Below, piece by piece: positions 29,401 through 32,000 of a stretch of 32,000 bases of DNA. Source of the DNA: Carboxylicivirga litoralis (lineage in GTDB: Bacteria; Bacteroidota; Bacteroidia; Bacteroidales; Marinilabiliaceae); the NCBI RefSeq assembly GCF_025499605.1, contig NZ_JAFMVC010000016.1, positions 48,976-80,975 on the forward strand. Reading direction: 5' to 3'. Position numbers and translations under genes: made by a program. Every line of letters starts with the position of its first letter. Positions within the stretch are counted from its first letter, which is position 1. A model generated the notes under the pieces. It worked only from the letters and a program-made list of their open reading frames with translations. It had not been told where the DNA came from and made no database searches.

Positions 29401-30840
29401 ATAATTATGGGAACAAAAGACAGGTTACGTCCGGTAATGCTAACGGCTTCAGCGGCTGCCATGGGTTTCTTGCCTATGGCTATATCGTCGGGAGCTGGGG
29501 CTGAAGTGCAGCGTCCACTGGCCACGGTTGTTATTGGTGGGTTGGTGACCTCTACGCTGTTGACAATGGTGGCCCTGCCCTTGTTGTTTGAATTGTTTTA
29601 TAATGTCAAGCGCATTGCTATGTTTCCGTTTCGGATAATACGAAATGGTACTTCGGTTCTGTTGCTGGTGACATTAGCCACTACTTCCTTAATGGCACAG
29701 GATAAAGAAAAAAACGAAGTCAGCCTTCAAATGGCTATTGATTTAGCTATCGAAAATAACAAACAACTATCTGCTTATCGTTTGCGAATAGATGAAAGTA
29801 AACAGTTGGCATCCACCGCATATGATATAGATAAAACACAACTGTATTACGATAGAGATGAGAATAATATCGCAGCCAACGGGCATCCTTTATACGTGTT
29901 GGGTGTGGAGCAAAGCTTCCGTTTTCCCACCGTATATGGGGTGCAAAAAAAAGCCAATAACATTGAAACGCAGTTGGTGGAGAAGGAATACGAAAAACAA
30001 TTTTTGCAGCTAACAAAGGAAGTAACACAAGCCTATTATGCAGTTGTTTATTATCAAAACAAACGCCAGGTTTTACTGAGAGTTGATAGTGTGTATGCCA
30101 ATTTTTCATCTAATGCCAAAGCACGTTTTGCACAAGGCGATATCGGTAATGTTGAAAAACTCAATGCCTTGGCCAAACACCAGCGTGTGTCGTTACTTCT
30201 AAAACAAATAAATTATGATTTGGCTGTGGCTGAGACTCAACTAAGTGATTTAGTTATGATTGACAGTGCGTTATATGTGCCGTTTCAGGCTCTTCCCACC
30301 TTGCAAATAAAAGCTTACCGACCGGAACAGAGCATGGTGCTGGCAGGTATAGTGCAGCAGCAACAACATCAGAATGCAATGTTGCGTGTCGAAAGACATA
30401 AGTTGCTGCCCGATCTTTCTATTGGGTATTACAGCGGTACAAACAATTATGCAGATGCTGGCCAATACTCAGGTGTATATGTTGGGGTGTCAATTCCATT
30501 GTTTTTTGGAGGACAAAAGGCACGGATAAATGCCCGTAAAATTGGATTGGATATAAATGAGAAAATGCAGGAATATTACCGCAGGAACCTGGCGAGTCGG
30601 TATAAAAATCTTCTAACAGAATTGCTCAAATACCAGGAGTCCATCACCTTTTTTGAAGAGACAGGACGAGAATTAAGTTTAACCATGATAAAAACAGCCC
30701 AGCGCAGTTATGAGCTTGGTGAGATGGATGCCATGCAATTTATCATGACTATGGAGAATGCTTTGGAATTAGTGCAGGATTACTACGAAAACATTTATCA
30801 ATACAACCATTTGGTTTTGGAAATAAACTACCTTCAATAA
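26491..30840 (+). CDS. Fusion ORF: CusA/CzcA-family heavy-metal RND permease (aa 1-~1040) + TolC/CzcC-type outer-membrane efflux factor (aa ~1071-1449)
   Basis: The N-terminal part has CzcA-type hallmarks ('AVPDITNNQVQVIT', 'IRSVSKFGLSVVTIVF.D', 12-TM layout, final 'GGLVTSTLLTMVALPLLFELFYNVKR'). The C-terminal part resembles an OMF ('VSLQMAIDLAIENNKQLSAYRLRIDES...', two OEP-like halves, 'LPDLSIGYYSG', ending 'LVLEINYLQ'). There is no stop codon in between. Confidence 0.85.
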   Translation: MLSKIIAYSVKNKLIVVLFTLTIVGAGFYSIMNIPIGAVPDITNNQVQVITTSSNLSTQEIEQFITAPVELEMANLPGVEEIRSVSKFGLSVVTIVFKDEMGTFLPRQLIAEKIKSATSNIPQGFGEPEMGPISTGLGEIYQYVLDLKPGYEERYSAMELRTIQDWIVARQLSGIEGVVEVNSWGGYLKQFEIAVNPTQLASLGLTLMDVFNALEANNSISGASYIEKTNQSYFIRGDGLVKSVDDIKQIVVTTHKGVPILINHIAEVRLGHANRYGAITANGTGEKVLGQIMMLKDANSKEVIKAVKQRVTEVQSSLPEGVFINPVLERSELINKTTLTVIENLVFGCIIVILIVFLILGNLRSALVIGSMIPLSLLFTLSMMYIFGVDANLMSLGALDFGIIIDGAVIIVEFIVIQVTGKKAVFENGESSGRQSLMDELTNKGASKMMNSAIFGQVIILIVFIPILALTGVEGKMFRPMALSFSFAIIGAMLLGLTWLPVAASLFLKPEKTKKNKLTTFLMSAAYRTYEPVINWACGHKKLILGMAFLALVGTGVLFGQMGGEFVPTLDEGDFVIQPVLKTGTSLSKTIEMTTRMEQILMEKFPEVNQIVCRIGAAEVPTDPMSMEEIDMIIKLHPKSNWSSADTKEELADKFKEALSIIPGVEYEFTQPIEMRFNELITGVRADIAIKIFGEDLNYLDTKANEIKRLIEDVPGAADIILEKTVGLPQMSVVYNRNKIAYYGADIATLNRYLTMGFGGESTGVVFDGEKRFDMVVRLSPQNRQELADIEKLMVPLNNGKLVPLKELATISVGQGPAKISRENASRRVVVSVNVRNRDLKSVVADIENLIDEYVSLQPGYYIQFGGQFENLKNATQRLFIAVPLALALIFIFLHFAFNSLRDALLIFTAVPLSTVGGVVALWLRDMPFSVSAGIGFIALFGIAVLNGIVLIEHLKELKLNGNTSDIRTLIIMGTKDRLRPVMLTASAAAMGFLPMAISSGAGAEVQRPLATVVIGGLVTSTLLTMVALPLLFELFYNVKRIAMFPFRIIRNGTSVLLLVTLATTSLMAQDKEKNEVSLQMAIDLAIENNKQLSAYRLRIDESKQLASTAYDIDKTQLYYDRDENNIAANGHPLYVLGVEQSFRFPTVYGVQKKANNIETQLVEKEYEKQFLQLTKEVTQAYYAVVYYQNKRQVLLRVDSVYANFSSNAKARFAQGDIGNVEKLNALAKHQRVSLLLKQINYDLAVAETQLSDLVMIDSALYVPFQALPTLQIKAYRPEQSMVLAGIVQQQQHQNAMLRVERHKLLPDLSIGYYSGTNNYADAGQYSGVYVGVSIPLFFGGQKARINARKIGLDINEKMQEYYRRNLASRYKNLLTELLKYQESITFFEETGRELSLTMIKTAQRSYELGEMDAMQFIMTMENALELVQDYYENIYQYNHLVLEINYLQ
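29620..29700 (+). other. In-frame ATG plus signal-peptide-like linker at the RND/OMF junction
   Basis: Codons 1044-1070 read MFPFRIIRNGTSVLLLVTLATTSLMAQ: a basic n-region, a hydrophobic core and a small-residue MAQ ending, followed by DKEKNEVSL... (29620-26491)/3 = 1043, so the ATG is in frame. Confidence 0.5.
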
Positions 30841-30869
30841 AACTACGACCTATTTAAATAGATGATATT

Positions 30870-32000
30870 ATGAAACAATTAATAATCAAAGCGCTAATAA
30901 TTATTTTGTTGGCGTCAGGTTCCTGGATGTGTACTCCTTCAACTCAGCAATCTGATGAAGGAGAAGACAAGGCTCATGGTTTGGTTTATATTACAAGAGA
31001 ACAGTTTGAAGCCGAGCATATGCAAATAGGGCAGGCAAAGCTAATGACATTTCAAAGTGGAATTAATTGCTACGGTCATATTGGAGCACAACCCAATGGA
31101 GTGGCTCAGATAAATACGCTTTTACCGGGGCACGTTGAAACAGTGCAGGCAATTGTAGGTCAAAAGGTAAAAAAAGGCGAAGTAATTGCTTTAATTTCTT
31201 CAGCTGGTCTTATTGAGCTTCAGCAGCAATACATTGGTACACTGGCACAAATGAAGAAAATTACCGCTGATTATGAGCGAGCCAAAGAACTTTATAAGAG
31301 TAATATTGGTAGTGAAAAAGAGTTTCTGAATGTTGAGAGTGCGTACCAGCAGGCGGTTACTGATTATAATGCCTACAGGCAGCAGTTACAACGTTTAAAC
31401 TTGGATATTACTAAAATTGAAGAAGGTAAAATAGCCAATACTTATCCCCTGGTTTCGCCCATTAATGGCGAAATGACACAACTTAACGTGGTATTGGGGA
31501 AATATGTGGAGCAACAGGAGTTGATTGCCGAAGTTGTTGATGCCAGTCGTTTGCAGCTAGTTTTATCAGTCTTTGAAAAAGATATTCCACAGTTAGCCAA
31601 TGGATGTCAAGTACAGTTTAGCCTGCCCAATAGCAATCAGCAGTTTAATTCGGCCAGGCTTGTTACAATTGCCAGGCGCGTGCAAGATGATACAAAAGCA
31701 ATTGAGTGTCGGGCAACAATAGATTCAATGCAAAAGCAAAACTTAATTTACAAATCATATGTGCAGGCTCAGGTTATAACGCGTCATAAGGAAGCACTTG
31801 GATTACCTTTGCAATCCGTTATTAAAGAGGGGAATGATAGTTACTATTTTGTTGTTAAAGAACAAAATGATAAAGGTTATTATCTGGAGAAGCAGCAGCT
31901 TAATCGGGGGGATGAGTTCAATGGTTTTATTGAAGTTAAAAACATTAAACCGGATGAGCGGATACTATTATCCGGAGTCTATAATTTGCCACTTGATTAA
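30870..32000 (+). CDS. Efflux RND transporter periplasmic adaptor (membrane fusion protein, CzcB/HlyD-like)
   Basis: 376 aa with an N-terminal signal and Cys (LLASGSWMC). Lipoyl-like halves ('GHVETVQAIVGQKVKKGEVIALI' and 'SPINGEMTQLNVVLGKYVEQQELIAEV') flank a coiled-coil hairpin (LQQQYI...ERAKELYK...EKEF...ESAYQQA...Y..QLQRL). The TAA stop is the last 3 nt of the window. Confidence 0.85.
   Translation: MKQLIIKALIIILLASGSWMCTPSTQQSDEGEDKAHGLVYITREQFEAEHMQIGQAKLMTFQSGINCYGHIGAQPNGVAQINTLLPGHVETVQAIVGQKVKKGEVIALISSAGLIELQQQYIGTLAQMKKITADYERAKELYKSNIGSEKEFLNVESAYQQAVTDYNAYRQQLQRLNLDITKIEEGKIANTYPLVSPINGEMTQLNVVLGKYVEQQELIAEVVDASRLQLVLSVFEKDIPQLANGCQVQFSLPNSNQQFNSARLVTIARRVQDDTKAIECRATIDSMQKQNLIYKSYVQAQVITRHKEALGLPLQSVIKEGNDSYYFVVKEQNDKGYYLEKQQLNRGDEFNGFIEVKNIKPDERILLSGVYNLPLD

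Overview
This window looks like an ordinary, densely coding chromosomal segment of a Bacteroidota-type genome. The phylum call rests on type IX secretion (T9SS) components, a Na+-NQR operon, TAnnTTTG-type -7 boxes, and A-rich rather than Shine-Dalgarno leaders. Gene order: (1) the 3' part of a large T9SS type-B-CTD repeat adhesin, with its PorP/SprF partner overlapping by 1 nt. (2) An OmpH/Skp-like lipoprotein, a GT2-like glycosyltransferase, a small membrane protein, an FtsB/DivIC-like protein, an orphan 524-aa lipoprotein, an LPS-kinase-family protein and pruA. (3) A DUF5103/T9SS-plug-like protein, divergent from a complete nqrABCDEF operon. (4) A membrane-anchored TPR + LuxR-HTH regulator, followed by a GH63-like hydrolase and a GH2 beta-galactosidase. 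(5) A heavy-metal-type RND efflux locus. I recognised no rRNA, tRNA, CRISPR, IS/transposase, integrase, phage or known defence genes. I did not find a convincing new multi-gene system. The most unusual object is a single 1449-codon ORF that fuses a full CzcA/CusA-type inner-membrane RND pump to a full TolC-type outer-membrane factor, joined by an in-frame ATG plus a signal-peptide-like linker. Lesser oddities are listed as findings: an uncharacterised ~81-aa two-cysteine repeat in the adhesin; an imperfect inverted repeat with phased CGCAGA words between the two glycosidase genes; a small His/Cys-containing secreted ORF upstream of the pump; and some unexplained non-coding stretches. All functional calls come from reading the translated ORFs by eye, with no database search.
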